Part shown: in pieces, positions 10,514 to 22,256 of the stretch
Position numbering within the stretch: position 1 is the stretch's first letter
Layout: every line of letters begins with the position of its first letter
Origin: Fonticula alba ATCC 38817
Lineage: Eukaryota > Protista > Nucleariida
Strand: one strand, 5' to 3'
Length of the DNA stretch: 31,058 nucleotides
Assembly: GCA_000388065.2 (NCBI GenBank)
Contig: KB932204.1
Notes under the pieces: model-generated
What the model saw: only the letters and a program-made list of their open reading frames with translations
Told to the model about the DNA's origin: nothing
The model's database searches: none
Translations under genes and position numbers: made by a program

Positions 10514-10754
10514 CTCTGCGATGTTTGGTGCGAGTATGAAGAGGGAAGAGGGTGTCCGGAGGAGGCAAGAGAGGGAAAGAGGGAGGGGGCGGGGGTGGGA
10601 CGGAGATACGTGGGGCAGAGCGCGAAGGGGCTGTGGCGGTTAAAGGGGTGGGGGGGGGATGCACGCGCTGAAGAGGCTTCGTGACAGCATTGATCCTCAA
10701 AACGGGGGACGCAGGGCGACAAGCTGGCCGCCTTCCCTAGCGTGCGCGTGTGCG

Positions 10755-10795
<41 letters not shown>

Positions 10796-12016
10796 TGGAG
10801 AGATCGCGCCTTGCCACCGCCAGAACGCGCTCGCCCGGCTGTGTAGGTGACACTGAATTGGAGTGTGTGCGGCTGGATGAGGGAACGCCCGGCCGGCAGG
10901 GGGGGGGGGGGTGTTTGTGTCGATGCGACCGGCAACACGTATAAAGGTGTGCATAGGCGCCTGCCTGCCTGTCTGCCCGCGTCCGTCGCGGGATATGTGC
11001 GCATGTGACGGGGCTGGAACTCAGCGGAGGTCGGCCCGGCCGGCCGCGGGTCTATTCCACTGACACTCCATTCCCGTGCATACCACACGGATGCCCCCCC
11101 CCCCCCCCCGACAAAGCAACGACCTGGGGCCCAGGAGGGGCGGGTGCGGAGAAACACAGGCGAATCGCGCACGGGCGCCCCTGCGTGGACCACATCACCA
11201 GGGGCCGGAGCTCCGAGGGACGGGAAGGGGGAGGGGGCTGGGGGAGGGCCAAAGGCCCTGGGCGGCCGTGGGGCCGAGATCGACCCCCTCCCGGGTTTGG
11301 GGGGAGGAGGCCCAGAGCAACGGCCGTAGGGCCCCTGGGCCGGGAGGACCGCCCGGCCGGGCACGCGTTCGGCTCTCGGAGAGAGCGCGAAATCGCCCCC
11401 TGAGATCTCGCCAGCCGACCGAACCAACGGGGCCGACTTGGGGGGGGGGGGGGCGGCGGGGTGACCCGCACCAGGCCACCAGCAGGCGAAAAAAACAATA
11501 CTTGCCCCGGGTCCCCTGCGACCTGGTCCAGCCGGCTCTGGCCCGGCCGGGCCCGTCGTTGGTCCACGCTTCCTTGGCGCCGGAAGAGGAATTGATCGGC
11601 GGAATGGCACGGGCGAGCAGCCTCGCGACTACCAACGGTCCCCCGGGCCTGCCAGGGCTCCACATCCAACCCAGCGGGGGAGCAAGGGGGCGGGACCGCG
11701 CCCGTGCTGTCTGCTTGCCCCCCTCCCCCACCCCCCCCCCTCGTGCGCACGAGTCGGATGACGCTCGCGCCCATCCCGGCCGCATTAGCCGCGCGCGAAG
11801 GGTCAACAGGTGTTTGGGCGTATGAGTGAGAGGGAGCACCGCCGGGGCGTGCGAGTGCACACCGCCGACCGCCGGCTCGGGCTACACCGGAGCGCCGTGC
11901 CCCGCTTTCCGGCGCACGCACGGCTGGCGGGTGTCCTCCAGTGGGTTGCTCCGCGGCATGGGCAGGCCCCCGTAGGCCCGACCGGCGCGGGGGTCCTAGA
12001 CCCGCCGGCGCGTCGA

Positions 12017-12024
12017 CCAATCGG
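12017..12024 (+). promoter_or_regulatory. CCAAT box (GACCAATCGG) upstream of the RasGAP transcription unit
   Basis: NF-Y-like consensus in the intergenic region. A likely 5'UTR donor (GTGCGG, minus strand, 11471) suggests the RasGAP start site lies near 11.5-11.9 kb. Confidence 0.3.
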
Positions 12025-12182
12025 GCAAGCAGACAAAGGGGCAGGCAACGGTCGGGCAGGCAGCCAGTCGACCGTGGATTCTTTGAGGGGAATATTCCGA
12101 CGCGATGCGAAGAACATAATGGCATTGTCCATTTGGGAATGCACCAACTGGGAATGTGCTCCCTAGCCCTCCGTCCGGCAGG

Positions 12183-12233
12183 CCGGTGCATTCCTTGCGC
12201 GATGGTGACACCGGACGCGCAAGGAAGCGCCGG
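12183..12233. other. Inverted repeat / strong stem-loop: perfect 11-bp core plus a 7-bp outer stem
   Basis: TTCCTTGCGCG (12191-12201) is the exact reverse complement of CGCGCAAGGAA (12216-12226). CCGGTGC/GCGCCGG extends the stem with one bulge and one G-U pair. Confidence 0.6.
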
Positions 12234-12509
12234 GTGCTCCATGTATGTCTGTGTGTGGGGCGTGTGTGGGGCGTGTATTTGACGCACACATGTGCGTCGG
12301 CATATGAGAGGCCGGAGAAGACGGCGGGAGGATGTGGGGCGGAAGAAAAGACCCCGCGTCTGGACCCCTGCCGCCGCGGGTCGCCGCCGGATGCGTGCAC
12401 GGGCGGGCCCGCGCGGCCCCCGCCCCCCGGCCCTTTCAGCGGTTCGGGGGGGGGGGGGAAGGGGGACGGAACGAGAGGGGGAGAGACAGGGGGAGGAGAG
12501 GGACCTGCC

Positions 12510-15507
12510 TCATGAAAACTGGTTGCCGGAGATCTCGAAGTAGATGTCCCGGAAGAGCATGCGCAGCTCCAGCAGCCGGAGGGTCGGCGCATCGGGAGCC
12601 GGTCGGGGTGCCGAGGTCGGGAACATCACCGCCACGGCCGCGGCCGCGGCCGGACCCATCGGAGGAGGAGGCTCGGCGGCCGCATGCGTCTGCGCAAAGT
12701 GCGACCGCTGGGTGGTGGCCGGGGCCGGGCCGAGACGGGCCCCGGCCGGTGCGGCAACCACGGCCGCTTGCGGCGCGGCAAACCCACGGCGGGTCACCAC
12801 CACCGTCGGGGAGGCAGGCAGGACAGGGCCCACGGCGGCGCTCCCCGCCCCAGCAGGATCACTGTCAAATAGAAGCCGGCCGCCGGCCAGGCCGCCGCCG
12901 CCGCCGCCTGCCCTCCCCGGGTCGAAGGAAGACACCTCGTCCGGGAGGGGCCCCGGCATCAGACTCAGCAGTTCACCCTCACGGAGGGCCGTCCCATCTC
13001 CCGCATCATCCGACAGACTGCCTGCCTGGCCATCTCCGGACGCCAGCGGGGGGAAGGGCCGGCCGGCCTTCTTCGCACGGTGCCCGGTGGCGGGCGACTC
13101 CAGCGGTAGTTCCAAATAGGGCCGCCGGTGGGGCGGCGGCGGAGACAGCGCCGCCGGACCGAAAGGACCGGCCACCGCGGCCGCCGCCGCTCCCAGCGAT
13201 CCCACCGACGAGGAGAACTCCTGAGACGAGGTGGACCCGGTGTCGCCCCCTTCTCCTCCGCCGCCGAGGGAGGGCGTCTCCGGCAGGGAGACCGAGGAGG
13301 AGGATGACGAGGAGAGCGTGCGCGATCGGCTGGACCGCAGCGAGCCTGGCCCGGGCCAGGCCAGGTCCGCCTCCGAGGAGGTGGGGGCCTGCCGGTGGAA
13401 GCTTGTCCCAGCGGGCAGGGGCGGACCCCCCCCGGAGGCTGGCTCAGTCGCCAACAGGGTGCACTTGAGGCTGCCGGCCGGGGCGCTGGCGTCCGGGGCC
13501 CCGGGGCCGGCAGACGGCGTCGGGATGGCCTTCGACTCGGTGGCCTCGGGACCTGGGGCGTCTGACTCGGCCTGCCCGGCCTGATGAGCGATCGCGATGT
13601 CCGTCAGGAAAGCCAGCACATAGAAGCAAAAGGCAAAGATATCTTCGCCCTTCTGGATGCGCGTCGGCAGCTGGTGCCCAAAGAGCAGCCAGTCATAGGC
13701 CACCGTGAAATAGAGGAATTCCACGGCCGAGAGGCTGGCGTGCGCTTCGCCAGCGGCCCACAGGAGGATGCGGATGAGCGAGATGAAGAGCGGAGTCCGG
13801 TCCCAGCCTGTGCCAGACGAGCCGACGGAGGAGCACATTAGGAATGACACGGGCTCGAAGGCCTGCCGGGAGGGCCGGGCCAGGGTGCGATGGAGCGAGG
13901 GCGACACAAGCAAGGGACAGGTGCAGAGAGCATCTGTGGGGGCGGGGGTCGGTGTGACGCACCGGAGATGCAGTGGACGAGGATGCCATTGGAGCGCGAG
14001 TCCACCGAGCCGTCCTTCATTCCGACACTCGATCCGGGGGGCGTAGCCCGGTGGTGCTGGGTCGGACCCGGCTCTCCACTGGTGAGGGCGCCGAAAATCA
14101 ACTCCAGATAGTTTCGTGTCAGGTGGATGAGATCCCAAGACTGGTACTGCGACCAGAAGGCGCTCGGGGTCGGGTGGCCGGCGGGTACGATGGCACTGAG
14201 CGGCGCAGGGATCGACAGCGGTGCGTTGACAAACCACAGATCCCAATCATAGTAGAGCTGTCGGGCGCAGTAGCCGCGGTCACGGAAGTCCTTGAAAAAC
14301 TCGCAACCTACCAATGCCGGGGCACCGGGCGGAAGGGAGGGGAGGGGGAGGGTTGGTTGGTTGGTTGGTTGGTTAATTGATTGTATGCATGTTTGCATGT
14401 TTGTATCTATGTATGTATGTATGTGCGCGTGCACGTGTGGCCGTGGGCACTTTCCTCTCCAGTTCCGTGTACTGGAGAGGAAAGGGGCAAGGGGGAACCA
14501 CGCGTACCGGGGTATGGAATGCCGACAATTTCGAAGCCCGCACGGGAGTACCTCCCGGCCGAGTCGGCCTTCTCGCTCGNNNNNNNNNNGGGGGGGGGGA
14601 GCAAAAGGAGGCCCCAATGGACCGGAGGGTGGGGGTGGAAAGCACCACGAACACGCACTTAACCTTGCGGAACTCCACCATCAGGTCAAAGATGAACCGC
14701 ACCCCGAGATTGGACAGGAGACTGATGTCCGTGGCCCGGAGAAGACTGATCGTGCTCACGGCCGGCGGCTTGCCCGGAGGGGAGCCAGCCATGGCGGCCG
14801 CGGCCGCAGCGGCGGTGGCCGCCGCCAGCGCATCATCCCCGGACCCGCCGTCCAGCGGGAAGGCCAAGGGCGATGGCGAGGCCAGGAGCATGCACGGCGG
14901 CTCCGGGGCCGCGGCCACCGCAGTCACCGGACCCTCGGGGCTCGGAGCATGGCTGGAAAAGTGTGCCCGAGCCTGGTACGGCCGGTCAGGCAGCTGCGAG
15001 GAGGTGACCCACGATGCCGACCGCCCGCTGCCCGAGTGCGACAACCGGTTGGGAAGGGCGGCCAGTGCCGGCCCCGACGGCCCGGCCAGTACATCCGCCA
15101 GGGACCCGCCCCGGACATGGTGCGAGGGTGGCCCGGCCAGCGGGCTCCTGGGTGCATGCGCGGCCGCCTCGGCCGGCCAGCCGGGCGAGGGGGAGCGGGG
15201 AGGGCTGGCCGTAGCCCGGACGCCCCCCGGAGGGGGCGAAGTCTGGCCAGAGCCGGGCCTGGCCAAGAGCAGGGGGGTAGGGGAGGCGCAGACAGAAAAG
15301 CATGTGAGCCACATCCGGGGCCAAGGAAAGAGAGGACAGGCAGAGGCAACCGAGGAGGAAGGGGGGAGGGGGGATGCTTACGCGCTTGGCGGGGGTGATG
15401 GCCCGGGAAACTGAGTGGTCGGCGAGTAGGACCGGAAGATCAGGCCCTTGGCTTGGTCACTGGCTCGATGGAGGTACACCTGTACCCCACGCGTGCAGGG
15501 GGGGGGT

Positions 15508-15548
<41 letters not shown>

Positions 15549-16779
15549 CGTGTCGATGGAGGGCGTTAGCAGGACAAAGGGGAAGGAGGCAGAAGGGCAG
15601 TCCGCAGGGAGATGGCAAGCCGACAGCCAGGCGCGCACCTCCGACTCCAAGGACAGTGTGGATGACCGGCAGATGTTTTGCCCCCGCCATTGGAGTACCG
15701 GGACGACGAAGCGCGTGCGCGCTCGCGCCAGTCGACTCTGGCGGAAGGCTACATGGTAATCCCGCGGCGAGATCAACGGCACGGCCGGGTGGCCGGGGAA
15801 GGTGACAAGGAACTGCTGACGCAGAAGGGCAACCTGTTCGTCGGGCAACAGATCAGTCGTTTGCCCGGGGCCAAGTTCAGCTGGGCCACAGGGGTTTCCG
15901 GGACCGGCGCCAGCGCCAGCGGGCCCGGATCGGGCAGGCCCAGGGTCGCGCGCAGGTCCCCCGGCTCCCGGGCGATCGTCGGACCGGCCGGCGCGCTCGC
16001 GAATCGGCGACGGGGCAGCCAAACTTTGCAGCGGTTCGGACAGATGGTCAAAAGCCCCCACGGCAGAGGGTGTCCGGATGGACAGCGGCAGCGTCGGCGA
16101 CATGGCCGGCGGCGAGAGGGGGCTCCATCCGCTTGGGCGGGAGGCGTGATGCTCGACTACGCAGGGTAAGGAAAGGGGACCAGGCGGGCGGGCGGGCGGG
16201 CGGGCGGGCGGGCGGAGAACCCGCGCAAAGTGACGCACGATCGGCCGGCTCGCCGGGAGGTGACAAGGTCCCGGAGGCCAAGCCTCTGGGGGAGTTTGGC
16301 TCGGTCCCCTGCAGGCCCGAGGAATAGGGAATGAACAATTGAGGTGGGTATGTGGAACAGAGGGCCTGGTGGTTGTTCCAGGACACTGGCGGGGGGGGGC
16401 CCCCGGGACCAGGCCCAGCACCAGGAGCCGAGACGCCAGGCCCGCTTGGCCCTCCGGAACTCCCCATCAGCGGGTCTTGCGTGGTGGGATCATTCCAAGA
16501 GGCGGTATTCGGCACGACCGCCACATCGTAGTCCCGGCGGAAGAGAGCTTCGCAGATGGCCGAGATCCGCAGCATCTGAGAAGGTGGGAGATCCAGCAAA
16601 AAAGGGCGAGGGGGGGATTAGAGAAGCCAGAAAGACGGCAAGCGAGCATGGCAGCCGGAGGGGCTCGTGGAGGGGTGGATGCGCACCTGCTGCGAATACT
16701 TGCGGTCGTGCGGGTCATGGGTCGAGTAAAAAAAGAGCAGCAGCTGCCGGACCGACTCGGCGGTCACATTCTCATCCAT
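12510..16779 (-). CDS. MTMR14: Myotubularin-related protein 14 (Jumpy)-like phosphoinositide phosphatase, 8 exons, about 1130 aa
   Basis: Exons 16779-16687, 16575-16221, 16156-15639, 15479-15382, 15258-14659, (gap)14579-14508, 14307-13963 and 13807-12510. MTMR14 signatures: LFRRDY, CSTYPPQLFIP, RARTRFVVPV...NICRSSTL, DLMVEFRKVK..SSEK, IPYPGCEFF, WDLIHLTRNYL, catalytic LVHCISGWDRTPLFISL, LYFTVAYDWLLFGH, KGEDIF.FCF. Confidence 0.92.
14580..14589. other. Assembly gap (10 N) covering an MTMR14 splice acceptor and exon start
   Basis: Coding sequence (SSEKADS) resumes right at the gap edge with no visible AG acceptor. Confidence 0.9.
15508..15543. repeat. (GCG)12 trinucleotide repeat in MTMR14 intron 3
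   Basis: Seen directly inside intron 15638-15480, so the poly-Ala ORFs over it are spurious. Confidence 0.9.
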
Positions 16780-18389
16780 TGTGAGACCCAGTGGAGATGA
16801 TGGCGGTGGGCATGGCCCGAGCACAGAAGGGGAGGAGAGGGAGCCAGAGAGGCAGGCAGGCAGGCAGGCAGGGAAGGGAGGCGGGCGGGTGGGGGCGGGG
16901 GGAGGTAGGAAGGAGACAGGGCCTGCCCCGACCCCGGACACATGGAGCCTTGTCCGCTAGGCAAAATACTTGCGGGGTCCCCCTGCGTCATCGTGTCCTC
17001 TCCTCGCCCCGCCCAGGGGTCCAGGGAGGCGTGGTAGATCGCGCACCGGGGCCCCGCGCAGCCGTGACATCGGGGGCCGCGGCCGGCCGCCGGTCGGGGG
17101 AAGGGGGGCCAGGGGCGCGCGCGCGCACGGATCTGACGCAGAAATGGGACTGAACCGGGGGGGGAGGGGGGGGGGGGGACAGCAGGGTCCGCGCCGCGGT
17201 GCAGGTATCTCGCCGGGGGCAGAGACCCCGACCGTCGCGGCGGTCCGGCGGCGGGTCGGCCTATCTCTGGAGCCGTATTTGCGCGTGCGAGGGCGAGTCC
17301 TGCGGTCGGTTGCGGAGCAGGGGGGATCGGCGCACGGCGGCCGGTCCGCTGGCGCTCGTCCGGACGAAAAAGCGGCCGGCCCTCGCGTGATCATGTAACG
17401 ACATTCATGACCATCATCCAGTGGCACCTGTAGGGAGCCTGCTTGTCGCCCACCGGGGCTCGGGACCCGCCCATCCTGCAGGCCACTGAGAGCAGCACAC
17501 GCCCGACTTCCGCCCAAGGCCCCCCACACCGCCCCCGAGGCCTTCCCCCCCCCCCCCCCCGCCTCGCCCTGATTGCCTGCGGCCGACTCTCCTCACCCCG
17601 AGAGGCGGGGGACAGACGGGACCGGATGAGGTGTGGAAGCGTATCGCGGCGGCGGACGGCGAACGGCGGACGGCACCATCCATGGACATCGCCCACCGTT
17701 GCCATGTATGGGCCTCAAAAAAAAAACAAAGCAGCGACGGGCGCGGTGAGAGGAGGGGGGAGGAAGGAGCAGCATTACCATGCCCCCACTGACGACAGGG
17801 GAAATGCTTTACGATTATGTGTAGTAAAATATGGACGGGAGGATGTGGGGAAAGGGGAGAGAGCAGAAACTCCAGGCGCGCGGCCACACACGCCGACGCA
17901 GGCTCCGCCAAGTGGAAGGCAGAGGCAGAGGGGGCGCACATGAGCGCATTTAAGGGGGGGGGGGGAGGGGGACAGGTCGAGTCGATAATATGAGTGATGG
18001 GGCGCGCGCGCGTGTGTGCGCGGGAGGAGGCAAGCGACATGGAGAGGGGGCGCGGAGCATGCGCCGACCGCCAGAGGCCCATGCGTGCATGCACATCTGG
18101 ACCCTCATCGCCCCGGGCGCGGTGCGGCGCGGCGGGGGGAGGGGCTACCATCGCGGCAGCTGCATTGCGCCCCCGCCCCAGAGGCCGCCCGTCGCGTTCT
18201 TGCCTCGCATGCGTGCGCGCGCGCCGAAACACGACACACCGCCGGGTGAGAAGGGGAGGGGAGGGACGCGCGGGTGTGCCGGCGCACGCGCGGGCGCGTG
18301 GAGGCGCGGCCCACCACACATACAGACACACTCACGCTCACGCTCACGCTCATGCTCACATCCACACGACAAGGCGTCGGACAGGCCAT

Positions 18390-19550
18390 TTAGAGGGCCG
18401 AGGCACCGGTAATGATGTCCACCAGCTCGGTGGTAATGGCGGCCTGGCGAGAGCGGTTGTAGACGATGGTCAGCTTGCCGATGAGCTCGCCGGCGTTCTT
18501 GGTGGCGTTATCCATGGCAGACATCTTGGCGGAGGTCTCGGAGGCGTAGCCGTCGATCATGGCGCAGAAGATGGCGTTGGTCAGGTTGAACTCGTAGAGC
18601 GACTGCATGGCGTCATCCTCGACCTCGTAGGCGTTGATCTTGGCGGACTGGGCAAGCTCCTGGGGAGTGTGGATCGGGAAGAAGCCGGTCTCGTAGGCGA
18701 TGGCCGACTGGAAGCGGTTGTACACGAGCTTGATGGACTTGTACTCGTTCGGGAGCTTGAGGATCTCGGAGGCGATGAGCGAAGCCTCGTAGAAGGTAGG
18801 GGGCTTGGAGCCGAGGTGGTTGAAGGAGAGGGTCATGTTGGAGGGGGCGAAGCGGGTGAGCTGGGCGCGGGCCTTGTCACCGAGGACGACGACGTCGGCG
18901 TTGGCGGGGTTCTCCTCGGCCTTGAGCTGGTCGCGGACGAAGCGAGAGACGTAAGAGTGGCAACCACCGCACAGACCCTGCATGAGTGCGATGGTGGGGG
19001 GGGGGAGAGGAGCGGCGGCGGATAGAGTCGATGTCAGTGTGTGTGTGTGGTCGAGAGAGGCAGGAGGGAGGGAGAAAGGGGGGGAGGAGGGAAGGGGCGC
19101 GCACCTTGTCAGAGGAGACAGCGATGTAGAGGGTCTTGCCCTCGCCACCCTGAGCGGTCTGGGTCTCGGCGTTCTTGTAGAAGGCTGTACGTGTGGCATG
19201 CCACGGGGGGGGGGAGGCACGAAGGAGGGCAAGGTGTCAGTCACGGGCAACCGGCGGGAGGGGGGAGGAATCATCCAACGACGCGAAAGAAGGGGCGAGG
19301 GGAAGTACGCACAGAGCAGAGAAGCACCGTGCTTGCGGGCGGTGACCATCTCACGCTGGGCGCGGCTCAGCTTGGTGGAGGCAATCATCTGCATGGACTT
19401 GGTGATCTTGGAGATGTTGGTGGTGGCGTTGATACGCAGCTTGACTGGAAGGTTGAGGAGGAGGGGAGGGAGAAAACAACACATGGTCAGTGCCGGGGTA
19501 GGGGAGACGAGCGACGACACGAGGGTTGGCTGGCGCGCGCGCGCGCGTGC

Positions 19551-19597
<47 letters not shown>

Positions 19598-20280
19598 GGG
19601 GAGAAGGAACAGGGAGGGAGGACAGCACGCACGGTCCTTGAGGGTGGCCATCTCACGCTTGACAACGGTGGCAACAGCGGAGTTGGTGGTGACGCTACGG
19701 CAGATGAAAATGCGGGAGGGCGTGGAGACGGGCAGCAGTGGATGTCAGTGGGCAGAGGGCAAGCCGGGAAGTCAGTGCCGGGAGGGGGGGTGGGGAGGGA
19801 GGGAGGGGCCACCGTCATGGGCGACCCCCAGGGCGACGCTGGGACGGCGCGCGCGCGCGCGCGCGCGTGCGCCGAGTGCGCTTACGGGCACGCCCGGTGC
19901 CTCGTCTAGCGCCACCCGCGCGCCTGCCGGTGCGGAGGAGCGAGGCCCTTCCCGCGGGAGGAAGGGCGTGCGAGACGCCCGGTGACACAGCAGCGACGAC
20001 GGATGTGCGCGCGGAGACCGAGCGACCGGGTGGACGCTGGGCACAAGAATGCCCCGGCAGACGACCACACCAGGGGTCGGGAGGAGGGAGGCGGCAGGCA
20101 GGGCAGAGCATGAAAGGAGGGGCGAGGGGAGGAGGCAATCTCGGCCGGGGAGAGGCTGGACTGAAGGAAAGGAGGAGGAGGAGGAGGAAGAAGAAAAACA
20201 GCAGGCGGGGGAGGGGCGCACCCGTTGGACAGACCGGAGACGGTCATACGACGAGCGGAGTTGGCGAAAGTGGGGAACAT
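18390..20280 (-). CDS. ATP3: Mitochondrial F1 ATP synthase gamma subunit precursor, 5 exons, 306 aa
   Basis: Exons 20280-20222, 19694-19633, 19444-19313, 19184-19105 and 18977-18390 (921 nt). The presequence MFPTFANSARR... is followed by ATLKDLKLRINATTNISKITKSMQMIASTKL, SSDKGLCG, and SAKMSAMDNATKNAGELIGKLTIVYNRSRQAAITTELVDIITGASAL. Codon bias is that of a highly expressed gene. Confidence 0.97.
19552..19591. repeat. (GA)n microsatellite in ATP synthase gamma intron 2
   Basis: Seen directly, next to a (GC)n tract. Confidence 0.9.
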
Positions 20281-21902
20281 GGTGACGAGAGAGGGAGGGG
20301 GGAGGGGAGGCAACTAGCTGACTGTCTCAGGGGAGGGGACAACTAATTTGCTTTCTCTGGTGGCCTCCCTCGGGGGGACCACCGGGGCCCGGAGGCGGCA
20401 TTTCAGATTCGCCGCGGGGGGTCTCCGCCTCTCGCCCTCCCCGGCTCGGCCCCCCAGCTGGGCACCGGGCACGAGGAAAGAAAGAGCGAGAGACACAGAG
20501 AGAGAGAGAGAGGGAGAGAGAATCATGGGTACAAGGCCAGGGGACTTGAAAGGCGTCCCCGCCCAGCACCCTCAGGCGCGGCTCCCCTTCCACTACCCCC
20601 CCCCCCTCCCCTCCGGTGGTTGGAGAAACGACGCGTCCTCCTCTGGCAGGGAGCGCCTGGCGAGGGGACGGGAATATGCTCGCGCGGGCCCACGGCCAGC
20701 CCGCACCAAGGCCGGGGGGACGCCGGCCCCAGGTGGGGTGGGACCTGGTTTAATGCCCCCGGCCCCGGGCCCGGGGACTCCCCTCCCGTATCCCCCCTCC
20801 AGCCGGCCATCTCCGTGGGTGGGGATGGGGAGGGGGGGGGGGGGGGCAGAGCCAAGCAGCTCTTGTCGCGCTAGACCCCCCCTGCCCCGCGCCCGCTGGT
20901 AGGGAACTCCTCCGGCATGTCCCCTCGCCCCGGCCGGCGCGTGCCCCAGGGTCGACACACCAGCGAAAGTGGTCCCCCTCGCCCGACACACACAGACACA
21001 CACACACACACGCACACACGCGCACCGGACCAGCTGCCGCTGGTACACCTCGCCTCTGGCCAGCGCCCTCTCTTGTGGCGGACCGGTGCCCATTGAGTAG
21101 CCCAACCCACGCAAATGTGCCCGCTTGACCGAGTCACTTCCCGAAGCTCACAGTCCCGGACCGAGGCAACAGTCAGACAGTAACGCCGCTGCCGGCAGCG
21201 CCGGCGACACCGGGTGCCCTCGGGGCGGCGTGGTGTCCCAGTGCCGAAGAGCCACAAAGAAGAGAAGCACACACGTCTGAGCGTGTGCCGGCCCCCGCCC
21301 TCCCCCCCCCCGCCCCGCTGGCTCCTCGCCAGTTGGAACGAGGAGCGGCCGCCGCTGGTTCCGCCTTTCGAACAGCCAGACGGCGCATGTGGAATAACCT
21401 ACATGCACGCCTCGCCTCATGCCTGGGTCCAACCCTTCCAGATCCCAATCAACCAGAAGCTACGCCCATATCCTAACCCTGGAATTGGACATGTGTCAGT
21501 GGCGTGATGCATGGCAGAGTCACGCGGTGGCCCGGCCGCCCATGCGCCTCTTCGCGATCCTGAGACCCGCCAGCAAGATGAACCGGTGCTGGCTCTCGCC
21601 CTCGTTGCCACCGCCGCCGCCGCTGCCGCCGCCCGTGTCCGGCCGCAGTGGACACATTGATCTGGCGGGCATGTGTTGCGGTTCGCGGCGCTCGGCGCCG
21701 TCGGGGCCTGACATTCCCTTCCCCCTTCCCCCCCCCCCTCCTCCTCCTCCCTCTTCACTTTCCTCGTCACCCTCTTCCCCATCTCTGCCCCTGCCTTCCG
21801 CCCTCGCTGTCACCCCGCCCGTATTCTTTGCCAGACAAAACAGACGATCGCCGCGTACTCCCCCTCGCTGGTTCCTTTTCTTTCTCCTTCCCCGGTCGTG
21901 CC

Positions 21903-22219
21903 ATGCAGACGTCCGCCTTCTTGGTGAACACCCTGGCCGGGAGGGTTACGCCCCCGACCGGGGCTTCCTTCGTCGTTCAGCGGATGCTGTCTCCGGCATC
22001 GCTGAGCCGGCGCTCGGACAGCCAGCCGGCGGTCTTCCATGCGCACCACATCACCAAAATCGATGAGTCCCAGGGTGCGTAGCAGGTATCCTCGCGCGTG
22101 CACCGTGCCTCACATTGGGCATCTGTGCGAGGGAAGAAGGCATGATGATCCGGAAAATGCCCGCAGGCCAGCCGCGGACATATGCATGCCATGGACCTGA
22201 TACTCGCATTTACACACTT

Positions 22220-22256
<37 letters not shown>

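Noticed and set aside
12183-12233. SECIS or SRP RNA interpretation of the hairpin
   Set aside because: No AUGA/GA quartet or apical AA, no in-frame UGA in MTMR14, and only superficial similarity to the SRP helix-8 motif.
10258-12287. 450-aa and 411-aa minus-strand ORFs upstream of the RasGAP
   Set aside because: Non-ATG starts and microsatellite-derived residues; better explained as a 5'UTR intron and promoter.
17819-17826. GTGTAGTA, the U2 branch-recognition sequence
   Set aside because: The flanks do not match the highly conserved U2 5' region.
22080-22082. Possible stop-codon read-through at TAG in the LRR gene
   Set aside because: A phase-1 GTGCGT donor at 22075 removes the stop and joins in frame to 22320.
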